Source: Camelus ferus (lineage: Eukaryota). From it: a stretch of 64,000 nt of DNA. The notes under the pieces are model-generated. The model was not told the origin of the DNA and ran no database searches. It saw only the letters and a list, made by a program, of their open reading frames with translations. Each line of letters opens with the position of its first letter. Positions within the stretch are counted from its first letter, which is position 1. The stretch is taken from the NCBI RefSeq assembly GCF_009834535.1, contig NC_045697.1, forward strand, positions 89,096,001-89,160,000. Direction: 5' to 3'. Positions 1-12,352 of the stretch are shown piece after piece. A program made the position numbers and the translations under genes.

Positions 1-3000
1 CATAAGAAATCACACCCACAGAGAGCATTAGATCGTGGATGATAAATTCCGTTACACTCAAACGTACTCTACAGTTTACTTCCATGCAATGTTACTTATC
101 CAAGTGTTTGAATATCAATCAAGTTAATTCTGGGATACTGAGGAGATCAGTTTCTATAAATATATAGATTTTTATTATTATTCAGTTGTATGTGTGAAAA
201 GTAAGAAATAATCACTCATTGGAGACAGTTTTATAACCAGCAGAGAAGTATACTGTAAATAAGTTGATTGTCCAATTTAATATATCTTATACGTCACAAA
301 ATAAACCAAGTTGTATTTTTCCACAGTTATGCTTGGGAAATTACTTTTTTAGATTCTTACAAATCTCTTAGGTTCCTGAGTGCTCTTGGAATTACTACCA
401 TTTAGGGAAGACACTGAAATGGAATATTCCAAACAAGTCTTCAAACAGACATTTGCAAAGTCACTACAGGAAAAAGATGGTAGAGTTCACAAATGTAAAC
501 GGTGATTTGTGGTCTGAGATAAAATTTACAATTACAACATGCATAGATTTTAAAATTGTGTTTTATATTTCAAAAAGAAGCTCTGGAGACGACAATGGCC
601 TATGCCAAAAATAGAGGTCCAAATTTAAATACATTAATTCACACAATGTAAGAATAGGGAAAAAAATGCCATTTTGTAATTCAGTGCATTATTTTATATC
701 ATTTAAAACTTTGCATATTTAATACATCTAAAATATTAATTCTTAGCTCTTCTTTTTGAAGAAATGAATAGTAGTTGTAGCTTGACCTTAGAACACATGG
801 TATTGCTAAGATGATTTGGTGACTATGGCCAGAATATTATAAAGTAGAATGTAGTGGGAATAAAATGTAGAGAATAGTGTTGAAGTGAAAAATGACTTTG
901 ATATTATGGGAAGAGGCAGACATTATGGAAGATGCAAACTTTTAGTTAAGAAAAGCGAATTCCAGAAATAAAGATGAGGGAAAGTTGGACTTATTTGAGG
1001 CTAGTGTAAAAATGATCTTAGGGACAAAAGGTTAGCATAACTAATATGAGTCATTGTGATGTTTTTATCACTAAAATAGAATTTAAAGGCTTGGCATTTA
1101 GTTTTACATTATCCCCAAAGTAAATGTTACTTATAAATTTGGGTCATTATGTTGAAAATCTGGTAAGAGTTATAATCCTCTTCCCTAAAATGTTTACATA
1201 AACACATCATTCAGCTAACAAATTCTGGAAAGCTATAGGCCTTTCTGCTTTTTGCCTTCAAGTAATTAGCATCCACTAGAGAGCAAGGTGCCTTGTCTCC
1301 CGACCAGGCAAATTAGTTCTCTGTTTTGGCACTGAAAATTGAGAATCATGGAATGTCAGTACAAACTTTTCTAAACAGACAAAAAAAGCCTTTAATTAAA
1401 CAACTAATATATATACTAATTCTATTCCTGATTAGAATTATGGAAAATATAATATTTAAGGTAAAATTTTAAAAAATTAAAAAACTGGCATTCAACTTTA
1501 AAGTGATGAATTCTCTTTTTTTTAAAAGTTTTTTTTTTTTAATTAACTTCTGGTGCCCTATCCATTGCTTTTACAATATTACTGTTTTCTTTCTGATGAA
1601 ACTAAAGACTTAGAAAGCAGGAACTATGTATTAGTTGCTGTGACTCCAGCAATTAAAGCAACTAAACCAAAGTGTTTAGTGTCTGCTTCCCCCAAACACA
1701 TGGTTGCACACACCTCCTGCACCTGCTTCAACTCTGACCTCATCAAGCAAGCTTACTGCCTTGGCTCCCAAAGCCTTCACCCCTCAGGCGCTAAGAGCTA
1801 AGAGCTGTCCCTCTCTATACTGCTGCTGGTTTTAGACAGTGGTTCCCGTTAGCTAGTGACAGAAAGATAGCAGTATTCATGCTTCTTGGGTCCTCTCAGG
1901 AGTCACCTTTCCAGAGTCCACCTTATAATCTCCAAGTGGTTTCCAGAGCTTCTCATCAGTGCAGAGCAAGTTAAATCAATACCAAGTGCACAGTCAACTG
2001 CAGTCTTTGCAGCTCCGATAACAAAGCTGTTGGAAGAAACAGTCCTGTTACTTTACGTATTATTAAAATATAATTTAAAATCATGTATATAGAAAAAACT
2101 CTCTCCAGTAAGAAAACAGTAATGTAATCTAAAAAGTCAAAAATGAGAGTATGATAAAGTATGAAAGCTTTTGGAAATATGATTGTGAAGGTAGGCTTAT
2201 GAAGGGTTATTAAGAATTTTGAAAGCAAAATGGTAGTGCTGGGTTTGTTTAATATCTCTATTTTAAATAAATAGAAGAACAATGTCTGAATACTTATATT
2301 TACTTTGTGTATTTGTAAAGTAACTTTTCAAAAAAAAATTAATGACTGGGCCTAATCTTGAGTGGTCAAACTGATGAAAATTAATTATGATTCATCTAGG
2401 CAGCAACTGGAGAAGAGATTTTTGAAACTCTCAAACAGAAAGAAATGGATTCAGTAAAATGTTTGGCACTCCTATGTCAGTACAATTAAAGAGCTTGTGT
2501 GAAATAACACACCTAAATGGGCATTTTGTTCAGTGCCCCATTCTCACGTTCTCTCAGTTCCACCCCTTCATCCTCCCTCCCTCCCTCTCATCCATCAACC
2601 AGTATTCCCTGGTAATCTCTCAGAAACTTCAGACCCCTCAGACCTACTGCAGCCACCACCGCCACCACCAAACACACGTGCACTGAGGGACTTGGCGTTA
2701 AGGCCTCATTCTTTCCTCTGATGAAACTTATCTTTTAAAAAAAATCAGATGACAGAAATTAGCCTAAATTCTTCCCTGAGGAATTTTTTTTCCAATTTAA
2801 TATAGATCAAAGCAACAAGTTTTAAAAATTAAACTCTATAATTTTACTGCCCTAAATCCTCTCCCAGTGGACAGCAGAGACATTTGGGAGACAAGAGCAT
2901 CCTACTACACAGTACTATGCTTTTTTTTCTTTTTCTGTTCTCAAGAATGCCCCTAATTCAGGAGTTCAGCTTTTAGAGAATATGTGTTTTATTTGCATCT

Positions 3001-3435
3001 CATATTGAAAGGGATATTTATGGACGTAAAACAGCTTAAAGAATTGTAGCTGGTTATAGATTAGAGGAAGAGTGAGTATCTCTCTGAATATGATGCAACT
3101 TAAACAATATTACACAATATTACATAGCATTTTAAAAGTCCTCTATATAGGCAAACAACTGATGCCAATTTCGTAGGTTTTGGAATTTTTTTTAAATGTT
3201 AAGATATTAAGAGGCATTTGTTTTTGTGTTGAGTGAGCCCTTACAGTTTTGGAAGATTTTCAAGAAAAATATCAGTCTAGTTAAACTAATTACCTACATA
3301 TTTTGAAACCTGATTAAGTTTAATATATAGGAAGTTTTATTTCATCTTTATTTTTGAAAGGTATATTTAATTTCATATCTTAGTTGCTAAATTTATTAAC
3401 CTTCCAGTAATTTTTCAGTGTTTAAGTTACACCTT

Positions 3436-3832
3436 TGTTATGGGCTGAACTGTGTCCCCTCAAAATTCCTATGTGGAAGCCCTAAACCCCTTGTACCTCA
3501 GAATGTGACTGTATTTGAGACAGGATCTTTAAAGAGGCAATTAGGTTAAAAAAAAAAAAAGGGTCATTAAAGTGGGCCCTCATTCCATACGACTGGTGTC
3601 CTTCTAAAAAGAGATCAGGGCACAGACCACAAAGACAGAGGGACAACCCTGTGAGGACACTGTCTGAAGGCATCCATCTGCAAGCCAAGGAGGGAGGCCT
3701 CAGAAGAAATCAAATCTGCCAACACCTGGATCTTGGGCTGCCAGCCTCCAGAACTGAGAGAAAATAAATTTCTTTTGTCGAAGCCACCCTGTCTGTAATA
3801 CTTTGTTAAGGCAGCCTTGGCAAACTAATATA
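3436..3832 (+). mobile_element. MaLR solo LTR, MLT1A/MLT1B-like
   Basis: Starts TGTTATGGGCTGAACTGTGTCCCC, contains GTACCTCAGAATGTGACTGTATTTG and CAGCCTCCAGAACTGAGAGAAAATAAATTTC, ends GGCAAACTAATATA. The 5-bp flanks ACCTT (3431-3435) and ATCTT (3833-3837) fit a MaLR TSD with one mismatch. Confidence 0.9.
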
Positions 3833-5971
3833 ATCTTTTAGTCTAAAAGTAATTTAAAATTTACACTCTGACTTATTATGGTCTTCATATAAAAGCACAG
3901 AGCGCTAAGTCTTTAATTTCTTGAGATCTAATTTTCAGATGGATTAATAAGACCAGCTTCAGATTAAAAGATTCCATAGGAATCAACATGCAAACTATCT
4001 AAAACAGAGGCAGTAAAAGATGAAATTACTTACAACTTTGATCAAAGATCCAAATTCTAGATTTTTGAGAACAATGCAATTTCTCACCCACGGTTTTCCT
4101 AAAAAGCCCCTACATATGTGTGCTTGGTAGCGCTGATCGCACTTGTAGCTCACGGTAGTCCTGAGTGTCTCCTCCACGATGTGGGCAGATGTGTCTCTGC
4201 CCTTGTTTCCCAGATCAGTGAACTCCAGAGGGAGAACAGCTTTGAAAGAAGACATGGCTAGAGGAAGACCGCCTGAGTCAAGGCGAAACCACCCAGGGAA
4301 GCAGAAACATCTGCTCACATCCAGAAGGACTGTCCTGTCTGTTCCTATAAAACCTCTCGAATGAACACCGGTTCCCATGGTAGTCTCGTTTTACTCATTT
4401 TCCCTAATGCCTTACATGTATCAGGACTTGATAAATGGTTTAGTATGAAGGACTGGATAAACCAATTGATGGCTGCTATTTCTCTATTCATGTGGAAGAG
4501 GACATTTGTAAAGAGTAAGAAGAGGGGAATTATGTAAGGAATGTGGTGCTTAGCAAAACCAAAATAACAGTTTAGTTGCTATCCTCCTTCCTATGTCTCT
4601 TGAACTCTGATCTGAGATATTTATTTATATTAAAAAGTAAATCAGAACATAGTGAGCATGTTTTTCCTTAGACTTACATGATTCTGCATATTTTTATTTT
4701 TAGCTATTTTCTTGCAACATTAATTTCTGAAGAGTTTAGTCGGCTTGATTTACTTTCAAATGGCTTATCTTTATTATGAAACCTGAATGGACACTGGGAA
4801 AAAAAATGAAAGTAACATTCTACTTTTGATTAAAAAAGGAAACATTGCTTTGTTATCAGATTGAATTGAGCTTTTCTTCAGAAGGCACAAATCAATTTAC
4901 AAGGCTGTTTTTAGAGCAATCTGACAGTGTGCACACACAGACACACACACTGCACACATGTGCAAATTGTCTTTCCCATCTTTCTCAGATTTAAAATTTT
5001 GATGTAATGGCATTTGACCTTGAAGGCTGAATTCAAAGAAATACAGCTCACAAGAGGAATATAAAATATTCCTATCAATGTATCCATCTTTTTTTTTTTT
5101 TCTCACTCTAGTTGCTTTCATACCATGTATTTTGTTTAATGTAGTGACTGGCCGAGAACCATAGTGCGTTTTTCTAAAGGTAGACCAAGTGACATACAAA
5201 CACACCGGCACAGCATATGCTAGCTCAGACGTAATAGAAGTGTACAGCCAGCAACCTCTGGTTCAAAACATAAAAATAGTTTATTTCGCCATATTCTTTC
5301 ACATGGACGAAATACTTTTCGTCTGTCATGGCCGAAAAAGAGAATGTGAACTCGTCCTCAGGTCTGGAACGCATGAAGTCATCTCACCTGATGGTCAAAT
5401 TTAAATCATAATATTTAATTTACAATATTACAATTCAGCGAAAGTCATAAGCTTTGCCAAGACTTTTCATTGCCTTTTCTCTGGGAATGAGCAGCATAAA
5501 ATACATTCTTGATACATGGATGAGAAAATAAATCTTTAAAATAATTTAACCAGAATAAACCAAGTAATAAAATGAATTTCCAGATCTCAAAATGACATTA
5601 TCCTCCAGAAATATGTGCTGAATTCCTATTAGTTTAATCCTCTGGGTGGCTTCTCAGAGTGATAGAGACTGATAATCGCCATTTATGACATGTGATGTGG
5701 GAACCAGTTCAAAATACTTGCATCACCTCTACATCTACAGTGACCTTGTGTGAACAACTTCAAATTTAAATACTTCATGTTCACTTCCAAATATGAAGCT
5801 CTGATTTTTAAATATTTAAGACTTTAATAAGTAGGCCATATTTAATAAATCCACTTAAGCCATACGTTTTTAGACTATCTTGATGTCTGATGTAATAGTT
5901 AACAGACATTTCTGAGTGAATTAATTCAACCTATGAATAAGAAGTCACCATCATCATCATTGTCGTCATTG

Positions 5972-6321
5972 TCACAGTTCTGGGGTGAAGATGTTGGCAG
6001 GGCCACGTTCCTTCTAAAGGGAAGGATTCTTCCTTGCCTCTTCCTAATTTCTGGTTAGCAATCCTTGGCATTTCTTGGCTTCAGGCAACAGAACTCTAGT
6101 CTCTACCTCTGTCATCACCTGGCCTTGTTCCCTGTGTCTTTCTGTATCTCCAAATGTCTCTCTCCTTATAAGGACACCAATACTGGGTTTAGGGCTCACT
6201 CTAATCCAGTCTGACCTCATCTTAACTTACGTCTGCAAAGACCCTATTTCCAAATACAATCACATCCACTGGGGATTAGGATTCCAATATATCTTCTGGG
6301 GGACACAATTCAACTCACAAC
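5972..6321 (-). mobile_element. MaLR LTR, MLT1C/D-like, partial
   Basis: Reverse-oriented MLT1 text: TCACAGTTCTGG, GACCTCATCTTAAC, TCTGCAAAGACCCTATTTCCAAAT, GGGGGACACAATTCAAC. Confidence 0.85.
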
Positions 6322-6344
6322 TGCTATAGTCACAAACACAATTA

Positions 6345-6570
6345 TCAACTACATTCTTACACTGCTTCCTATGTGCCAGGGACTATTCTAGGCACTTGAT
6401 GTATATTTGATCTTTAATCATCATGATGATTCTGTGACGTAGGTACTATGTTTACTGTCATGTAACAGAATAGGAAAGTAAGGCAGAGAGAGATTATATA
6501 ACTTTCAAGGCCTCTAATCCAGGATTCAAAATTCTAACTGAAGAGTTGCTGCTTTTAACCACTGCAGTGT
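6345..6570 (-). mobile_element. MIR SINE
   Basis: CTATGTGCCAGG...TTCTAGGCACTT, GTAGGTACTAT, AGGAAAGTAAGGCAGAGAGAG, GGATTCAAA and CTTTTAACCACT match the antisense MIR core. Confidence 0.8.
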
Positions 6571-6729
6571 GTAGCTTCTCAGGTAGGATGTGACTCATTC
6601 AAGTGAGCACATGCATTTTGAGTACCTCTTTTGTAATAGAACCTGGGCTTAATGCTAGAGGGATGTTGATAAAAATCTGAGACTTCAAGTAGGTACATAT
6701 ATGTTTATTTTAATATGAACTTAGGGAGA

Positions 6730-6890
6730 TTGACTGGATCTGGAGTCAGATTACTTATTCCTTTTGTATGACCTCGGGCAAATTATTTAACCTTACTTTG
6801 CCTCAGATTTGTGAAGTGCTGAAGATTAAACAAGTTAATTATGTATAAATTGCTTAGAACAGTACCTGACATATACACTATTATTATGCT
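6730..6890 (+). mobile_element. MIR SINE, internally deleted
   Basis: TCTGGAGTCAGA, TGACCTCGGGCAAATTATTTAACCT, GCCTCAG, GCTTAGAACAGTACCTGACATAT. Confidence 0.8.
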
Positions 6891-9162
6891 GTTAATTTTG
6901 ATTGCTACCATTACTAGTGACAATAAGTTCTGAATTATCTTTTCACATAGGTGAGTTATTTTAGGAGGCAGTAAATCTATAAATAAAAACAAATAGTATT
7001 TTAATACATATGTTACTTTTTCTACATAGCTTAATAGGAGTTGCTGGTTTGCTTTGAAATCGCTCTAGGCACCTAGACTTAGAAGGACATTCTTCCCTCC
7101 CCTGCTGTCTGATGCAGGTTCTCCTACTCCAAAGCTAGGGCAGGGGAAACCAGAAGGTCAGGTACGTGTGCACTGACTAATGAGTGACTACAGGTTAGTG
7201 CTGTGACTGTCATCGTTGCCACTTTCCTGAGGTCCCCCCACTAGGTGTAGGAAGTGACAAAGCTGCAGCCACCCTTGGCTGAGTGTAAACACAAGTTTGT
7301 AAACTGTAAGTGTGAGTTTGCTTGTTAAATGACTCATCCAAATGAGAGAAAACAGTTGCATCAAGTTCTACACTTACCATATTTCCAGAGTTTCAGATAC
7401 TTAATTGATTACACTTATGTATCAGAGTATGCTATGGGCTCTCCTTGTACCCTGAGATTTTTGCTCTTTACTCAAGCAAACGTATTCCAGATATCTGTAT
7501 TTGAAATTAACAAGCAATCACTGAATTTCACCTAGAATTATTTTTTCTGACATCTCACTTGCTTTCTTTGGTACAAAAATAAACAAACAGCTGGTATCTA
7601 CGATGTTTTGTATTTCAAAAAACTGAATTGTTTGCTCTCAAAATTAATAGAGTGATGACTTTCAGCTAGTAAAGTGGAAAACTTGGAAATAAGATGGATT
7701 TGGGGACTTAAAGTTCAGTTTGATTAAAAAGAAACCTTATTCGGCATCTCCTGTGTGCCTGGTACACTGCTATCTAAATGATTACAAAGATGAATGGTTA
7801 ACCTAGAATAAGTGAAAAGAAAAACTCCTGTATGTTATCAGATGCTGACAAAAATACAGTTACAAAATAATAGTTAAACATTAAAGCACATTTGGCATTT
7901 ATTTTTTTCCACTAATAACAAAAAGCATTTAAAAGAGGAAATTTTAAAATCAACTATTTTAAAGTTCATGTATAGACTTGTATGTCATGAACAGAGAATA
8001 AAAGCTTGTAAAGAAGTGGTTATTCATTTTCATATACCTAATATGGTGAATATGCATGAATGGCAAAACTCCCTCAGCTTGGAAAATATCAGCTTTCTTT
8101 GTTCTGCTACTTCAAGCCTTAGCTTAGATCTAAAGTATAGTAGTTTCAGGGAGAAAATGAGGCCAAAATTCTGTTTCTGCCTTTAAGTAAGAAACCAGTT
8201 ACCATGCAGTAATTTCTAGAGGTGTTATATTTTTTTCTCAAATATATTGACCCTTCCACTTGTTTTTCAGTTCAAAAACAGTAGCTTAGTGACAAGAGCA
8301 AAATCTTACAGTAATAAAGGAAAAATTCCCCCATCTTAATAAATATAGCAGGGTACATACAGTAAGGGATGAGTCTAGTAGGGGCAGAATGCCATGGATA
8401 CATGGTAAAGGGATTCCCAAAGATACCACAAAGAATTCCACAAGTATCTGCTTCCTAAGGAGGATGACTCTGCTACATATTGAAGCATTTAATGCAATTT
8501 AATGAAAATAAGCAGATACTATATAGTGAAATGCACATATGTGTTACAGATTGGAGCTTTTCATCAGTAACATAATAACTCCCCTTAGATTTTACAGCCC
8601 TTTCCCAAACAGGCAGACAGACACATGTGATATGGATGGAAAAAGATGGTTTTGCTTTTTTGAGATATGTCGTTGGATTAAATTGATCAAAACAGAGGTT
8701 GTCCACTTTGTTTCTAGTAGGGAATTTTTTTGTTTCCTGACAAATTTAATTCAGTTTTTAAAAACTGAAGTGTATCTTAAGTATATGAACTATATAATGT
8801 GTGAGTCCATTAGGAAAACTGAATGTTTTCCCCATGTACATGGAAATTGTTTTGTTATGTAGCAAATCTATTATACAGCATCTGGATATTCACCTGACAA
8901 AAACTGATATGTGAATTATGTTTGCACACATTCTCAAAAAATAAATAACTGTCCCTGATGAGTAGGTATGTCTGACCACAGAGACCCGGGTTGTAATTAA
9001 TACTGATGCAGAAACCAAAGTCAAGAATTACTTTAGCAGATACACTAAACCACACTTCCAGCTTGGACCTTCTGGGCACACCACAGGACCACATAGGCAC
9101 ACTGCACAGGCGCAACACGCTGTCTGGAAACAACTCGGCAGGTTTAACACAATCACCGAGAC

Positions 9163-9345
9163 CAGGTGTCAGCAAATTTTGTCCTTTAACAGGTCAGATA
9201 GTAAATTTTATGATTTGTAGACTGTATGTTCTCTGTCCCAACTCCTTTCCTCTGCTACTGTAGGCAAAAGCAGCCACAGACAATATGTAAGTGAATGGCT
9301 GTAGCGAAGTTCCAATAAAACTTTGTTTAGACTTAGCCCACCAAC
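9163..9345 (+). mobile_element. hAT-Charlie MITE, MER58A-like
   Basis: Starts CAGGTGTCAGCAAA, contains CAGATAGTAAAT, AAAGCAGCCACAGACAATATGTAA and GTTCCAATAAAACTTT. Confidence 0.8.
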
Positions 9346-12283
9346 CTAGATCATCTAGACATGATAGTTTTCCCAAAAAATTAAGGAGCTTGGTGTGAAT
9401 TTACGCACAAATTTGAGTGTCCTTTTGGATTTATATTTTTCTAGTTACTTTTTTTTTTATTTTAACATTTTGTACTGTTGATGTAACCACATTTAAGAGT
9501 TCTTTGTTATTGCTCAAACTGGAACCTTTCCTCAGAATTTGTTTAGCTGAATTTTTTTAATTAAATATAATTTATATACACTATTGTATTCCACAAAGTT
9601 TTAATGGAGGCTGACAAAGTTGTCTGCAGGACAAAACAAAGGTAAAATAGGTGAGAAAAATGAGGCATGGGGTTATGGTAGGATAGAAAAATAAAAAGCA
9701 GCAGGATGAGATGCACAAAGGAGAGGTCACGAAATTCTGTGCCTGTTCTAGAAGTGGAGAACATTTACCTCAAAGCCTTCTGAACAGCACATGTGAAGAA
9801 AGAAAAACACAATCAGATTTATGGGTCAAAGTGTTCAAGTGATGAAACCTCACTGGTGCCGTGGGTAAAGCACAATGAATGAGTCCTAACTTTAATACAT
9901 GAGAGAAATTGTTCTTGTGGTCTCCATCAGGAAAACTGTAGTAATATACTTTTAACTTATTCAACCCCTAAAAAGATATTTCCAGTAAACACATTGAATG
10001 TGAATGGTTTCCTAGGACATCTTAGTCGAGACTTTAAGTAAAAATATTGGCGATACTGTTGCTTAAATATGATTGTGAGGAAAGCTTTGGTGTTAATATA
10101 ATGGGTTGCCAGAGGGGCAGTATTAAAGTGTGCTACATAAAGTAAAATACTGGGTTAGGGGTTAGAGCAGTAAGTTTACTTAAAATCCATCTTCCATGTA
10201 CTCAGCAAGGTGGCTTATGGACTAGAGGTAAACCGCTTAGGTCTGAATCCTGACTCAGTCACTTCATCAAGATCAAGTCACAAGCAAATGCATAGCAAGT
10301 ACTCAGCAAGAAATTATCACAAATCCAAACAAAGCAAAACAGACATGTTTTAAATAAGATTTGCTGGCAACATTTGTCAAAGTTCCTTCTACCAAAAAAA
10401 AAAAAAAAAATGTAAGAAATCTCTCCATCCCACCCCAAAATAGCTAAAAAGATATATTTTTATCATTTTTACAAATATGTTTCACATATATTTCTTACCA
10501 TTAAAATGCTTTATTTCAAGTAAAAATTTTTCTTTATTTCAACTTTGTTTAATCATCATATTCTAGATAACGAGGGATCGAGTTTGTTTTCTTAAACCAT
10601 GTCCAGTAAAAGCTTCACATTCAAATGGTCATATGTAATTAACAGCTAATATTTCTTTCAATATATGACATAATTCTTCTTTATAATTTACAAAATCCAG
10701 TTAGCATCCACAATTGCCTGGCCTTTCTTGAATACTCCCAGCCCTTGTTCCACACTGTTGTTCACACGACTTTGCTAGAAAACCAACAATCCAACCACAG
10801 TGCTTATGGCAGGTAATGTAGATTTTATTAAAGATTTCAGGGAGAGATGCTCACCTTCAAGTAAAATTTTATAAAATATATTCTGAAATTTTAAAATTTT
10901 TATCCTTTCGAGCTCTCCTGGCTAACAGCAGCCTCATTCCTATCCTCCCCACACAGCTTCTCCAAATCTCTCCCATTTTCCAGATTCTCACCTTAATTTA
11001 AATAATCTACTCAGGAAAATAAAATCTTGAAATTCGCTGATTTCTAAAGGGAGGTTCCTTAGAAAACAACTCAGCCAAGAGAAAAAGCTGCATCCCTTGC
11101 TTCTCAAACATTCCCTGCCTGCTCCCCCCCTGAGAGAGGTAACCTATTCCAGGGGAATGGCCTTTGTCAGAAATAGCTTGAAGGCTTACGGGGGTGTATT
11201 TGAAGATACAGCCATGTCACCCTGTCTGCATGCTTTGACCACACTGGGCTGTTTTCCTGTACCTGAGGGCCCTTCCTTGAAGCAGCATCAGAGTGGGGCC
11301 TGGGGACCCCGCGTAGCATCAGGGCAGTCCATGTTCTGGGCCCCCAGCCGCCAGCACCAGCAGTGGCAACAGGTCAGACAGGATGAGAGGCACTCAGCGC
11401 TGATTTCCAGTTTGTGTCTCTCTTGATCAAACTGCTTTGATCTGGTAGAAAAAATAGTACTGTGGTTTATTTTTCTCTTAAAAATGCATAGCTGATTTAA
11501 TGTATATTCATGTTTCACAGTCTAGTCTGTGACCTGTCATCTATTTTGGCATGTCAAAAATATACATATACATATATATTTTTTCCTCCTTCGCTCCCTT
11601 CTGGCATATCTGGCTGTTAACTCTGTGATCTTGGTGCAAGAGAGGGAATATTATGATCTTATTTTCTTAATGCTTTGTTGTTGTCGCCTCAGTTTTTTTC
11701 TAGAAATTATCTATTCTTCTCCAAAAACATATTCAAATGTACGGTCCTTTCTATACCCTTCCTTTCCTGCCTGAGGGGAGGTGATCATTGCTTCTTCAAC
11801 GGCTTGCTCCTCACATATATATCCTATTATTCTCGTATAAAGTTCCTCCCCCTCAACCTTCACAGAAGCTTTATAGTCCTATTCCCTAGAAAAGTATTTG
11901 CTACATAGAACATGATTTGTGTTAATCAAATATATAGAAGCTGAGACCAATCACTAGTTTGACTTTTTCAGATGTTAATTTTGGTAAAAAGTTGTTTTGC
12001 AATTGATTTCTCACCAGATAAACAAAAATGCACTTCATGTAGATGGGCACAAATCCACAAAACTCACTGACGTGCCAAAAATCTCCATGAGCAAATACTT
12101 TTAATAAAAGTGAGCAAAAGGATTTTTTTCAAAATTTTTTCAAAATGCTGCTAAGAAATGACATATCGCTTGTTTCCTACCAGTACGAAGCTTAGTTATT
12201 TGTATTGTGCAGTGCAGATAAGTTATCATAAAAATTTTTGTCTGATTTTTCTAAGCTAGCTTTGTGAACCCACGTCTATGTTT

Positions 12284-12352
12284 GTGTGGGGGTGTGTGTG
12301 TGTATGTGGGTGTGTGCATATGTTAAAGAGAGAGAGAATGAGAAAGAGAGAG
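12284..12352. repeat. Imperfect (GT)n followed by (GA)n microsatellite
   Basis: GTGTGGGGGTGTGTGTGTGTATGTGGGTGTGTG...AGAGAGAGAGAATGAGAAAGAGAGAG. Confidence 0.75.

Noticed and set aside
1900..1970. Hammerhead-like text on the minus strand (CTGATGA...GAAACCAC...GTGG)
   Set aside because: No stem II closing pair (G opposite G), the cleavage triplet reads GAC rather than NUH, and there is no stem I partner.
3995..4378. 127-aa minus ORF and possible exon 4088-4344
   Set aside because: No recognisable homology, weak polypyrimidine tract, and a length compatible with chance.
5304..5397. Permuted hammerhead (GGACGAAA ... CTGATGGTC)
   Set aside because: The core lacks the conserved A of CUGANGA, and stems I and III with an NUH site cannot be built.
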